Shown here: positions 8,473 through 18,704 of the stretch, in pieces
Layout of the letters: each line of letters begins with the position of its first letter
Position numbering within the stretch: the first letter of the stretch is position 1
IMG/VR virus record: IMGVR_UViG_3300007754_000852
Reading direction: 5' to 3' (one strand)
Source: a virus
Taxonomy: Duplodnaviria > Caudoviricetes
DNA: 64,000 nucleotides
The notes under the pieces: generated by a model
Told to the model about the DNA's origin: nothing
The model's input: only the letters and a program-made list of their open reading frames with translations
Database searches by the model: none
Program-made: the position numbers and the translations under genes

Positions 8473-10467
8473 TCAGCTACCCTGACCTGAATTTCCTAAC
8501 ATTGCAAGCGTTGTAACGTTTGCTGAAGACTCTGCAACTGACTGCGGTTCTGTTCTAACATTACTTAGATATATGTCAACTGTTTTTGCACTTTGAAGAT
8601 CTGTATTAAGAATCTGCAGCTTGTATGCAGGATAAGACGGTTCTGACTCATCAAGTCCACGAATTAAAGATAAATCATTGCTCTTCGTATCCCAGCCTCC
8701 TGACTGCGTCTGTAACACCTCTCTCTTATATACCTTGAGAAATTCGGGATCAGAATATATTTTTATTCTACTGTGGCCTGAATCTTTCATTGTATCGACA
8801 AACACATCACCATCTAGATATAAATTTGGATAAGATTTAGGTGCACCAGATCGTGATATCATCTTGACATTTAGCTTATTTTTTAATTTATCAAATGACA
8901 CCTCAAGCTGCATAGAATAATTTGATGATAGACCTCTTGCATCAATTGAAGCCAGCGTATAGACGTACTTTGAGCTTTTTGTAAAATATGCATCTCTAAA
9001 TGACTTCTTAGGATGCTTCATTCTCTGTGATATCGATGCCGGTGCTCTCTCAAGAGGCTGTGTTATTGATGTCGAATTGTCAAAATTATACTCTCTAATC
9101 AGGGTAAATGGGTGTCTTATATTTCCTCGTCTAAATATTTGAAATCTCTTAATGTCTCTCTGTGGGTTTATTGGAAACTCCCAGAATATTATCAGGCCCC
9201 CTTTCTTAAAATCATACTTAAATCTCACATCAACTGGTGGTGGCGGTGGCATGTCTTCCTTGCACATCACAGTTGTGCTTATTCCAGATGACGCTATTAG
9301 TGTGCTGGCCATAACAACCTGATCAGCTGTCGACGTAGATATTCTTCTTGCTTCAAATCTAGACAATGATATCGCATGAACCTTATACAGATATTCTCCT
9401 CCATACATGACCTCAGTATCGATAACTGATGTAATATCTGCTGAATCAACAGGTATTGATCTCATTTTTGACAGGCTTCCGTCACCCTTTATCTCAAACT
9501 TTTGAATTAAAAATCCGATTAAAACAGACCCTTCGTTGGCATTTGTCCCTCCTTGAGCGGATGCATTGACTAGCTCCTGATCAATCGGAATAACAACAGG
9601 TTCATAATCTGTCTCTGACACCTGTGTGGGATTTGCACTATTAATTGTCGCATTTTGTACAAACTCAGCAGACTGTAGTATTCCACTTAGCTCATCTGCA
9701 TATACGTTTATATTATCGATGATTGAACCGCTAACTATTGTTCCAAACACCAGATTGTTAGCATTGAAGTCAAGCTGAAGACTTCTAACATGTAAGAGAG
9801 GATCAGATACAACAGATTCCTTTATATCAGTCTTAGAATATGTTACACCTTTTGACTGTAGATTTCCAAGAACAGATCGAACAGAAAAAGGATCAACAGA
9901 CGTTACACTGTTTGGCATCTGAGCTGTCGGAGATGAAAAGCCTGAAAGCGCCGCTGACGAGCTAAGAGATGTATAAAATTTTCTATCAACACCTGTATCC
10001 ATTAGATTTACACTGCTAAATGACGTATTTGATATCGCATCTTCGAACATTATATTACTAACATTCTCAGACACCTTGACATTCTCAAATATCGTATTCA
10101 TCGCTGCAGATGACAGATTTCCTCCTTGTTCACTAGCAAGTGTGTTGAACGAGGGAGGAGAAAATGTGATCCTAACAAATCGAGGAACCCTATCTGTGCC
10201 GGCCAAAAACTCTAGCTCATCTCTTGTTGTATCGTTAATTGATATGTTTATCTGTTTAGAGCTTTGATTTGTTTTTTCATCAGGCATAAAATAAACGTAA
10301 TTAAACTCTGCATTTAGCTGTGACACCTCTGGTATGTCGATCTGTGTTACCGGCTTTGAAGGATATGACGAGGGAAGCGTGCTATTGCTAATTGAATCGA
10401 CACCTTCAACACCATCTGTTGGAGTTATACCCTTGTAGGTATTGTTATAAAATTCCTGTGTTGTCAT
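8473..10467 (-). CDS. Probable virion protein with Ig/Fn3-like beta-sandwich C-terminal half
   Basis: 664 aa in the structural block. PPPPPVDV..., IIFWEFP, IKRFQIFRR and YVYTLASID resemble Fn3 strands. Confidence 0.45.
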   Translation of the reverse strand: MTTQEFYNNTYKGITPTDGVEGVDSISNSTLPSSYPSKPVTQIDIPEVSQLNAEFNYVYFMPDEKTNQSSKQINISINDTTRDELEFLAGTDRVPRFVRITFSPPSFNTLASEQGGNLSSAAMNTIFENVKVSENVSNIMFEDAISNTSFSSVNLMDTGVDRKFYTSLSSSAALSGFSSPTAQMPNSVTSVDPFSVRSVLGNLQSKGVTYSKTDIKESVVSDPLLHVRSLQLDFNANNLVFGTIVSGSIIDNINVYADELSGILQSAEFVQNATINSANPTQVSETDYEPVVIPIDQELVNASAQGGTNANEGSVLIGFLIQKFEIKGDGSLSKMRSIPVDSADITSVIDTEVMYGGEYLYKVHAISLSRFEARRISTSTADQVVMASTLIASSGISTTVMCKEDMPPPPPVDVRFKYDFKKGGLIIFWEFPINPQRDIKRFQIFRRGNIRHPFTLIREYNFDNSTSITQPLERAPASISQRMKHPKKSFRDAYFTKSSKYVYTLASIDARGLSSNYSMQLEVSFDKLKNKLNVKMISRSGAPKSYPNLYLDGDVFVDTMKDSGHSRIKIYSDPEFLKVYKREVLQTQSGGWDTKSNDLSLIRGLDESEPSYPAYKLQILNTDLQSAKTVDIYLSNVRTEPQSVAESSANVTTLAMLGNSGQGS

Positions 10468-10503
10468 ATCTTTTGTCCGTGATATTCTGTCTATATCGTT
10501 TAA

Positions 10504-13500
10504 TCACCTATGAAGGCTTAAAGGCTTTTGTGCAAGCTCTACTGTTACAAAGAAGTTATAATAGCTTGGATCATCAACACCCCACATCTCACTTGAATCA
10601 CTTCCCGTATTTCCAAAATTAGAACTGCTACTTGTGTCACCTGATGTGTTAGATTGATTTGTGATAGGTCTTATTGCACCTTCGGCCATCATCACAGGTA
10701 CACCTGTCGGCGTCTGGTCGTTAGCATCTCCAGACATAAACGAAGGGTTCTGTTCGTGAACAAGAAGGCAAAAAACTCTATCAAATTTTTTAGCCTGGAG
10801 GACCCTATTTGCATATTTTTGCTTGCTAAAGGGTAAAGATCTTGCTATCTCACTTGACAATCTGCTAAATTCAATTGCCTCCTCTGTCGTCTTTACCGTA
10901 AACTGACTAAGATTTTGAAGCGCACTCGTCATTGCCTTCTCGTATGTCTGTGATGTATTAGCAACAATGGCTTCCTTAGCAACTGATGTTCCAAGAGACA
11001 CAGAGTCTGGTCCAGATCGTAATGTGCTAGCGGTATCATGTTGAAATACATCCTCATAGATGTCTATTCCCATCACTGTCTTAAGATAAATTTTTAGATA
11101 GTGATCTGACAAGTGATTGTTTCTTATATGATCTTTAAGATTAGTTGATGTACCGTACTTACCTAAGTCAACAGGATTGGGTGTCAATACCTTTGTTTCA
11201 ACTTCGTCATGCTTGTTTAAGATGTGAAATGACCTGATATTTGCATCATTTAGCATGCTTGCTGTACCATAGGGTGAGGGATCACTAGGTGCGAGACTTA
11301 TCATGTCATCCTGTCCTTCGATTCCCTCTACTATGTGATTAGCTGTGTCAAAATAATATACAAGAGGCCCTGGATTCTCACTATCACTAACGAGATTTTG
11401 CCTGTGAACAACTATCTTAATAGTTGTCGCATCACCGTAGTACGAGTCACCTGTCTGACTTTCTGATGCATCCCTAAGATACTCTAATAATCCGGCCGGA
11501 AGACCTACAGTCATTATTCTTGGTCGTCCGCCAACTTGAATTGCATCTGGGCTGAAAACGTCTTGTGTCATCCAGGATAGCATGTTTAGAACCTGCTTAG
11601 AGTGAATCGTCTTGCCGGCAGGAAATGCGGGATACTCACGAGACGGACTAAGAAGAGAATGATATAGCGCTCCGCTTAAAGACAGCTGATCTCTTGTTAG
11701 GTTTTGACATAAAAACCTGCCGCTTTCAGTATTCAAATTAGTCAAAGTATTTGCGTAGGGACCACTGCTATGATTTAAGCTATTCTGAACTGATGTCGAT
11801 GTCGTATTTAGCACGTCCTTTATTTTTTGCAGATAGTGAAGAATGTTAAATATATGCACATCCTCATTAAAAAGATTTATCTTAATGTCAGACATATTAG
11901 AAAAAACTCTTAATGCATCAGATATCGCTTCTTGAACTTGATCATCTCTTAGACTAGCCATGTCTGAGCTGAAGCTTGTTGGCTCAACCCTTAGCTGTTC
12001 ACCGTCTAGCCTGTTTCTTAAGCTATCTTTCAACTGACTACTGTAATCACCGGTTTTTCCTGCATCTGACCAGGCATCCAGAGCCTCAGAAAATGCAATT
12101 GCATTCAAAAAATTATATCCAAATGACGCAGCTTGATATGTATATGCCTGATGTCCTTGGCCTCCGCCACCATCATTACCTACACTTGCATTAACATCTG
12201 CGGTAGATGATGAAAAGTTTACAAACAAGCTATCACATAGCATCTCCATCATAACCTTCATTGCAACTGCCACTCTTCCGTAATATCCGACGCCAAGATC
12301 ACCTGTAACTGTATTGAAGTTTTTTGAATCTGATTTTTGAGTTCCAGGGTCATCAGAACTTCCTAAATTAACATTAGCATCCTGTTCTGCCTCTATCTGA
12401 AATTTTCTTGCTGCCTCTAGTGGCATGTCCCAAATTTTAAACGACGATGTGCCCGTTCCGATCATTCCCTCAAGACTACGCTGTCCAGAAGGAGCATCAG
12501 CATCTAAAACATAAAGGTTATCACGTTCACCTGGAGCAGCAAGTATTGAAACAAGACCTCTTGACAAATATGTTCTTCCGACCCTCTTTGCATCAGTCGT
12601 AGTCATTATCATCTTATTATCATAGTTTACTTCTCGATCACTGTAGTGCGACCAGATACTCTCTGCAAGATCCTGCTTTGCTTGATTATATTTGCTTACT
12701 AGTGTAGCGGGTCTATTGCTACTGCTATACTGCTGATACTCCTTTCTATACATTATCATTTTTAAAATTAACTGAAATAGGTAAGTGTTATCATTTGCAA
12801 GCATGAACATCCACAAGGAACCTATCTGGTATAGTTTAGACTCAGTCAATCCTTGCCCTCTATCTACTGTTAACTCACCCTTATCTTCAATAAAGTATTT
12901 CAACCTCTGGATGATCTTTTTAAAAAATGTTGTATTTGCAATGTGACCGGCAGTTATGACTGGAAGAATCATCTCTTGCAACGTGTCAATCTTATCTGAT
13001 ATATCATCAACATAGCCTGTAAATCTAGCAGGACTTAACCTTTCACCGTCATCTGATGTGAGCTGAGAATCAACAAACCAGTCTTTTCCACCCATAAATC
13101 TCTGAGACACGCCTGGCATAAGTGACTGACGATCGTGTGAGAGAAGCGGCATTTGTCTTGTAATTCCAGGCGGGTCAGGTGTCGCTACATCTACATTTGG
13201 TGATATAGCGGTAAAGATACTTGATGAGTTTCGGTCAGCGTTTAGGATCTGTGAGCTTTCGGGGCCGCCTATCGGACCAAAGATCGTGTCAAAGACGTCA
13301 GACATCTTTTGAGCTGCCACTAGTGAAGAAACTCTTCCTGCACTACCTGGGCTAATTAGATGACCAAGCTGTGCAGACTTACTTCTAACAGTTCCGTGAC
13401 TGAGCGCAAGTCTGAGATAGTAATCACGGGTTGCATAGTGGAGATTTGCTGAGGCCTTGTTTATCCATGTCACTGTTGAAGGCGTGTTGAATACGCTATT

Positions 13501-14982
13501 TGCATCAGCCTGGGTAAAATACTGACTACTTAGACTCAGTGATGTACTTACTGCGGGATCCCATCCACTAAACTCTATCTTGCCTAAACTTTTGTGGGCC
13601 TCATATCTAACTTTTGACTTTGTTCCACCATAGCCTGCGACTGTTGTTGCATGAGAAGGCATCGTTCTTGTGTCATTCCACAGATTAAGACTAGAATGTA
13701 AAATGCTAGCCCTAAGATCAGCAAATAGCTGCATAACAAGAACAGTCTTTGTAGATGTGCTCCAAAAATCATGTGAATATTTAAGTGTTTCAAGAAAAAA
13801 GGAATAAAGAGCCTTAGTGTTTTGAGCAATGCTAACGCCAAATCCATCGTATCTATCAAAATGACTAACAAGATCAGTGCTATTAGAGATCTGTCTATAT
13901 TTGTTAGAATTTCTCTTTACGTTTAATGATAGAGATATTTCCTCAAGTGCCAAAAAAATTTCGAGATATTGATTTAACTCCTCACTTGTCGTATCTCTAA
14001 CAGAAGGTAGCCTGTTAGCCTCGTCAAATACAGAATTTTGAACATCTTGTGGCGCTGCTGCGGTCACCCTCAGAGGTTCGCCGCCCGTGGAGCTTGGCCA
14101 AACTCCAAAAAAATTATGAAAAATTTCATTAATTGAGTTATTTCTTGCCTGCTTTAGGATATTTTGAAGATCTATTAGCTTTCCTGCTGAGGAGAGATGA
14201 CTTCCTTCATATCTGTGTGCCGTCTTCCACGGCGGCATGAATTCAAACGACCCTAGGATGACAGGCGTGCTATAGCTAATTCCTGCAGTTGGTAAAAATC
14301 CCTGCCTTGGTGGATCTGTTGTCACCTCTGTGTCACCACCGGGAGCAGTCTCGTGAGATACCGTCTGTATATTTTGAGGAACATTAGAACCAATAGTTGC
14401 ACCGCCAAGGGCACTAAATATATTTCCTATGCCAGAGTAGGTTCCCTCTGCACCTGCATTAGACTGCTGTGGCTGCTCAGTTATCGCACCGGGACCTTCA
14501 GCTATTGAAGCTCCGACGGATGGACCGCTTAAAAGCAAACCAGTGCCTGCATTGTTTAAAAGAGATGCTCCTGCCCCTTGCGTCATTGCAGAAAACTCTA
14601 TATTTCCACCGCCTTCAGTCATGGCGGCGTGCACAGTGGCCCCTATTCCTCCTGTAGACAATTCTTCTGTTATTATATTTCCACCGCCTTCAGTCATGGC
14701 GGCGTGCACAGTGGCCCCTATTCCAGAAAAGCCGCCGCCTGTAGATTCTGACTGATTGTCCTGTTGCAACTGTTGCGAAAGATTAAAGATGTTTGAGTTA
14801 GTCTGTGATGTAGACGTAGATGAAGTCTGCGATGTAGAAGAAGATGCTGACTGATTGCCCAGGGGGCCGTTAAGTATTTCTGTGTTTGTCTGCGTTGTAG
14901 ATGTGCTAGTCGTAGACGTAGTAGTTGACGAGCTCTGCTGGTGTATGTTCATGTTTCCAAATGGTCCTGGAAGTGGTGGCAT
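10504..14982 (-). CDS. Very large probable virion protein with S/T/Q/G-rich low-complexity N-terminus
   Basis: 1492-aa intact ORF in the structural block; no recognisable enzymatic motif. Confidence 0.5.
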   Translation of the reverse strand: MPPLPGPFGNMNIHQQSSSTTTSTTSTSTTQTNTEILNGPLGNQSASSSTSQTSSTSTSQTNSNIFNLSQQLQQDNQSESTGGGFSGIGATVHAAMTEGGGNIITEELSTGGIGATVHAAMTEGGGNIEFSAMTQGAGASLLNNAGTGLLLSGPSVGASIAEGPGAITEQPQQSNAGAEGTYSGIGNIFSALGGATIGSNVPQNIQTVSHETAPGGDTEVTTDPPRQGFLPTAGISYSTPVILGSFEFMPPWKTAHRYEGSHLSSAGKLIDLQNILKQARNNSINEIFHNFFGVWPSSTGGEPLRVTAAAPQDVQNSVFDEANRLPSVRDTTSEELNQYLEIFLALEEISLSLNVKRNSNKYRQISNSTDLVSHFDRYDGFGVSIAQNTKALYSFFLETLKYSHDFWSTSTKTVLVMQLFADLRASILHSSLNLWNDTRTMPSHATTVAGYGGTKSKVRYEAHKSLGKIEFSGWDPAVSTSLSLSSQYFTQADANSVFNTPSTVTWINKASANLHYATRDYYLRLALSHGTVRSKSAQLGHLISPGSAGRVSSLVAAQKMSDVFDTIFGPIGGPESSQILNADRNSSSIFTAISPNVDVATPDPPGITRQMPLLSHDRQSLMPGVSQRFMGGKDWFVDSQLTSDDGERLSPARFTGYVDDISDKIDTLQEMILPVITAGHIANTTFFKKIIQRLKYFIEDKGELTVDRGQGLTESKLYQIGSLWMFMLANDNTYLFQLILKMIMYRKEYQQYSSSNRPATLVSKYNQAKQDLAESIWSHYSDREVNYDNKMIMTTTDAKRVGRTYLSRGLVSILAAPGERDNLYVLDADAPSGQRSLEGMIGTGTSSFKIWDMPLEAARKFQIEAEQDANVNLGSSDDPGTQKSDSKNFNTVTGDLGVGYYGRVAVAMKVMMEMLCDSLFVNFSSSTADVNASVGNDGGGGQGHQAYTYQAASFGYNFLNAIAFSEALDAWSDAGKTGDYSSQLKDSLRNRLDGEQLRVEPTSFSSDMASLRDDQVQEAISDALRVFSNMSDIKINLFNEDVHIFNILHYLQKIKDVLNTTSTSVQNSLNHSSGPYANTLTNLNTESGRFLCQNLTRDQLSLSGALYHSLLSPSREYPAFPAGKTIHSKQVLNMLSWMTQDVFSPDAIQVGGRPRIMTVGLPAGLLEYLRDASESQTGDSYYGDATTIKIVVHRQNLVSDSENPGPLVYYFDTANHIVEGIEGQDDMISLAPSDPSPYGTASMLNDANIRSFHILNKHDEVETKVLTPNPVDLGKYGTSTNLKDHIRNNHLSDHYLKIYLKTVMGIDIYEDVFQHDTASTLRSGPDSVSLGTSVAKEAIVANTSQTYEKAMTSALQNLSQFTVKTTEEAIEFSRLSSEIARSLPFSKQKYANRVLQAKKFDRVFCLLVHEQNPSFMSGDANDQTPTGVPVMMAEGAIRPITNQSNTSGDTSSSSNFGNTGSDSSEMWGVDDPSYYNFFVTVELAQKPLSLHR
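14599..14724. repeat. Two exact 51-bp direct repeats (14599-14649, 14674-14724), period 75 bp
   Basis: tatatttccaccgccttcagtcatggcggcgtgcacagtggcccctattcc occurs twice. In frame it encodes GIGATVHAAMTEGGGNI twice. Confidence 0.95.
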
Positions 14983-14984
14983 GT

Positions 14985-17555
14985 CTATCTCTCAATCCTT
15001 ACTGTTATCGGAGTTGATGTCGCTATGTCTCCAACTCTTCCATCTAACATCACAGGTCTCACCTCATAGTGAACAGTTCCCTCATATCCCTTCATGTCTC
15101 TATCAATAAATACATATGAACCGTTGTTATTTACGTTATGACAAGCTCCTGCGATAAATCTACCGTCAGGTCTCACTGACACGACAATAAAGCAGTCTAT
15201 CATGTTGCTATTTCCACTAACAGACCACTCAACTAACACACCTTTCTGTCCCACCTGTGTGGCCATCGGTGAACTAACAACAGAAATCCCTCCAGACAGA
15301 TCGACATCAATCTCAAAAAAGTCACCGGTCGAATCCTTTTCAAATCTATCTTGTGCTGTCGACTCACTAAGAGCTGATCCGTATGCCAAGGTTCCTCTCT
15401 TGAATGAGATCCTGCTATAGAACTTACCAGAAAAGTTGGGATCAATCTCCTCATCTGATGACATAGATAGCCTGGCTGCTGGATTATCTATCTCTGACTG
15501 CGTCATCTCTGATTCAGAAAGTGATGACTTTATCTCCTCAATTAGCTCAAGAGGTGACCTCATTAATGCCGTTGCTCGATACGTGTATTTTCTACCAGAG
15601 GAAGGACCTATCTCTGCATCGTTATCAGTTACATTTCCTCCGAGAAATACGCCTAAGTTAACTGTCTCACCTGACGTCTGATCAAACCTCTCTACATTAA
15701 ACACGATAACATTCTTGAGGCTATCTTTGATCTTCTCTACGTCATCTTGAAAGAGATCTGACAGTCCTGCACTTTGAATTGCCTCTACGAGAAAGTCTGT
15801 TGCAGAGTCAATTTGCTGACCTGAGACGGTAAACGAAACACTATGGCTAGCTGATCCATTATCCTGCGATGTTGTTACGTCTGTTATACCAACAGTTGCT
15901 AGCCCAGTGGGTCTTGTGTATTTTTGAGTTCTTGATGATGATGAGAGCTGTTCAATCCCATTTCGATATCTAAGCATGCAGCGATACTCATATGTTCGAT
16001 CTGCTTTGACAAGATTGTCACTCATAGAAATTCTATCTGAGGTATTAAACACACCAGGCGTATTTCCCAAGCCTTTCTCTAAGAGAAGGTCACGCTGATA
16101 GATGCTTTCATATGTTCTTTGATTGACTGTCAGGTCTCTTCTCATTATCTCAATCGATGAAACTGTCTCAGGAATGTCCCTTACAGACACAAAGATGCTA
16201 TCGTTAGTGCATGTCGTATATATCGTACAGTGATATCTTAAAAATCTTCCTCTTGATATTGATCTTGAGGAAAAATTTCCTAAAATCATACCGTCTGGTA
16301 GCTTCTGAACTGCCCTGTAGACAGACATACCTGACCTGTTTCCCTTTCCGGACACCTGTGTAGACGTATATACAGAAGGATGAAGAGGTCTTTCATCGTC
16401 AGATGAAATCGTTAATTTAGCAACGTATCCGCTATCAAGAAGGGATCCTGTCTCACTTATATTTCTCACAAATAACATCATACCGCTTGCATTCACATCA
16501 TTAACTGCAATCTTTACAACATCGCTTCCGTTTTCAGATGTTGATGATCTTAGAACTGGATCAGATTCAGTTATAGTAAAGTCTAGTGAATGCTGTTTAG
16601 GCTGTAGCTCAAACTCCTTTGTTTCAAGCGTGATGTTCTTGCTATTTATCATATCAACTGAAACATTTAATAGTGCAGAGGAGTTTATCTGCCAGCTTGA
16701 CAGAGAAAACTTGATATTTAGATCCTTTATTCTTTTATTAGATACCGTTAAGATCGGTATCTCATGATCGCTTGCATAGTCAGCAGCGCTATTTCTATTT
16801 GAGTGACTTCCTTCAAGACTTGTGATCATCGCTGTTCGAAGCTGGTCAATATAGTATCTTCCCGTTGAGGATCTTGTAACGCGAGATGTTCCTTCCATTG
16901 AATTTTCAATCGTAGATATTCTAGCCTTTTTATTTAAGGATGACCCTGGATCAACTCCTGCATTTAGCATCATCTTAAAGCTTCTAGAAAAAGATTGATC
17001 CTTAACAAGACTAAGATTGTCTAGGTTTAAAGAGTGACCAGAACCGTTTATCCTTTCCTCTACGCCGTTACTTAGGACCCTTTGTATGGCGGGATAGTTG
17101 CTCGAATTTAACAATGATGACGGTGTTCTAAGAGATGATGATCTCTTCGTTCCAAACGCCTCCTCGTCACTAAACATGTGAAGGTTTCCAGCGACAGAAT
17201 TGCTCACAATTGTTGTAAGATCAACATTCTTCCTTAGAAGAACATCCTTATCACTATTTGTTAATATCTCTTTCTTTGTGTCTGATGATGAATTAAGAAC
17301 AGCATCGATGACAGCCGACGTGTCCTGGCCGTCGACACCGTCAAACATTCCGGCTGCTGTCTCTGTCTTGTTATTTTTAATCGACATCCTTGCCGTTGTG
17401 ATTCCACCCTGTATTATGTTTCTTGCATCAACCTTAAACGTCACAACATAGTTAAAAAATTGAATATCGTTCTCATCCGAGCTGATTGATTCAATTTCAG
17501 CCCTGCCTGTGTCATTTTTAACAAAAAAGCTTGATGCTACATCCTTGATAATCAT
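14985..17555 (-). CDS. Large probable virion protein
   Basis: 856 aa, beta-rich C-terminus with Fn3-like YEYRC / YTYRATA / VLVEWS segments; 1-bp overlap with the upstream gene. Confidence 0.45.
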   Translation of the reverse strand: MIIKDVASSFFVKNDTGRAEIESISSDENDIQFFNYVVTFKVDARNIIQGGITTARMSIKNNKTETAAGMFDGVDGQDTSAVIDAVLNSSSDTKKEILTNSDKDVLLRKNVDLTTIVSNSVAGNLHMFSDEEAFGTKRSSSLRTPSSLLNSSNYPAIQRVLSNGVEERINGSGHSLNLDNLSLVKDQSFSRSFKMMLNAGVDPGSSLNKKARISTIENSMEGTSRVTRSSTGRYYIDQLRTAMITSLEGSHSNRNSAADYASDHEIPILTVSNKRIKDLNIKFSLSSWQINSSALLNVSVDMINSKNITLETKEFELQPKQHSLDFTITESDPVLRSSTSENGSDVVKIAVNDVNASGMMLFVRNISETGSLLDSGYVAKLTISSDDERPLHPSVYTSTQVSGKGNRSGMSVYRAVQKLPDGMILGNFSSRSISRGRFLRYHCTIYTTCTNDSIFVSVRDIPETVSSIEIMRRDLTVNQRTYESIYQRDLLLEKGLGNTPGVFNTSDRISMSDNLVKADRTYEYRCMLRYRNGIEQLSSSSRTQKYTRPTGLATVGITDVTTSQDNGSASHSVSFTVSGQQIDSATDFLVEAIQSAGLSDLFQDDVEKIKDSLKNVIVFNVERFDQTSGETVNLGVFLGGNVTDNDAEIGPSSGRKYTYRATALMRSPLELIEEIKSSLSESEMTQSEIDNPAARLSMSSDEEIDPNFSGKFYSRISFKRGTLAYGSALSESTAQDRFEKDSTGDFFEIDVDLSGGISVVSSPMATQVGQKGVLVEWSVSGNSNMIDCFIVVSVRPDGRFIAGACHNVNNNGSYVFIDRDMKGYEGTVHYEVRPVMLDGRVGDIATSTPITVRIER

Positions 17556-18673
17556 CAGTCAATCACCATCGTAAAGATATTCACAAACGTTGGTATCCTT
17601 GCTGTGTTAAGAAATACCTTTCCAATAAAAAATACACGCTTATTAGACCTAAATCCTGGAAACGGAGTCCTTGCTATGTTAAATTCACCAAAGTCGATCA
17701 CGTCTAGCTTTGTAAACTTGCTTCCTGCAACCTCAAACATCTGCATGACAATGTTATTTTGATCTGACGTCTTTTCAAACACGATATCTTTTCTCTCTCG
17801 AGAAGATGCTTCAGTTGTTAGTGAGACAGAAAGATTCTCCATGGCAACATCTTGCATCAGCTGTTTATGATATTGTAATCCTGATCCGCCTGTAGATCCT
17901 TCTGTCTCATTAGACATTTCATTTATAGCCGTTTCTTGATCTATCACACTAGTCTCTGACTTCTCTAGTTCCATCATCAGATCGAAATACGACATGTCAT
18001 CAGCCTGATTTAAATTCTCAAACCTCCCAAGCCTTCTAGAGTCAAACGGACCTGAGCCCGGCACAACAGGCGGAAGAAACTTAAATTGATCAAGATGTGA
18101 CAACCTCTTGTCTAAAAAAAACGGTTCAATGGTGTCGACATCTGCCTCAGTTACGTCACCTGATGAGAAAGGCCTTGAGTTGTCAATTGTGAAGCTTAGC
18201 CTCTCTGTATTAAGCTTTAGCTTCTTATCTAACTCAAATGTTGCCCTAGACCCTATTGAGTATAGATCGTCAAAGTGATCTGCAGACGAGCTAACAATTC
18301 CTGCAGACAGGCTTGCAAAGTCACCCTTTCCACCTGACACGAACAGATAATCAGCTAGATTCTCACCTGTGGACGACTTATCAAACACGCTGTCTCCCAC
18401 GAGAGATGTATGAGAGTCGATCTCATAACCAAGTAGATCACCACTATCATCAGTCTCAAATGTTATCATGTCCTGATGCTGATTGGTTGCCTCAAAATAG
18501 ATCCTCTGGGTCGCATCGGCTGATCCACTTGCTATGTCAGGCCTATAGAATGTTGATGAGTCAGTAAATGATGCGAACTCTATTCTCATCTTACCGCTTG
18601 CCATTTGACGTCGACCTATCTCAGTCACAAGAACATCCATTATTCTAGACTTATTATCTAAGATTCCTGCCAT
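17555..18673 (-). CDS. Virion structural protein, N-terminal paralog of the 7676-8377 protein
   Basis: MAGILDNKSRIMDVLVTEIGRRQMASGKMRIEFASFTD aligns with GYLDHSTNNIILDAVLTDVGRQFLARNDGSFSIVKFALGD. Confidence 0.55.
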   Translation of the reverse strand: MAGILDNKSRIMDVLVTEIGRRQMASGKMRIEFASFTDSSTFYRPDIASGSADATQRIYFEATNQHQDMITFETDDSGDLLGYEIDSHTSLVGDSVFDKSSTGENLADYLFVSGGKGDFASLSAGIVSSSADHFDDLYSIGSRATFELDKKLKLNTERLSFTIDNSRPFSSGDVTEADVDTIEPFFLDKRLSHLDQFKFLPPVVPGSGPFDSRRLGRFENLNQADDMSYFDLMMELEKSETSVIDQETAINEMSNETEGSTGGSGLQYHKQLMQDVAMENLSVSLTTEASSRERKDIVFEKTSDQNNIVMQMFEVAGSKFTKLDVIDFGEFNIARTPFPGFRSNKRVFFIGKVFLNTARIPTFVNIFTMVID

Positions 18674-18704
18674 CTGACCCTCGTAATGATAACTATCCCC
18701 CTTA

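Noticed and set aside
14599-14724. 51-bp repeats with a 24-bp gap as a mini CRISPR array
   Set aside because: Only two copies, repeat longer than the spacer, in frame within a CDS, and no cas operon.
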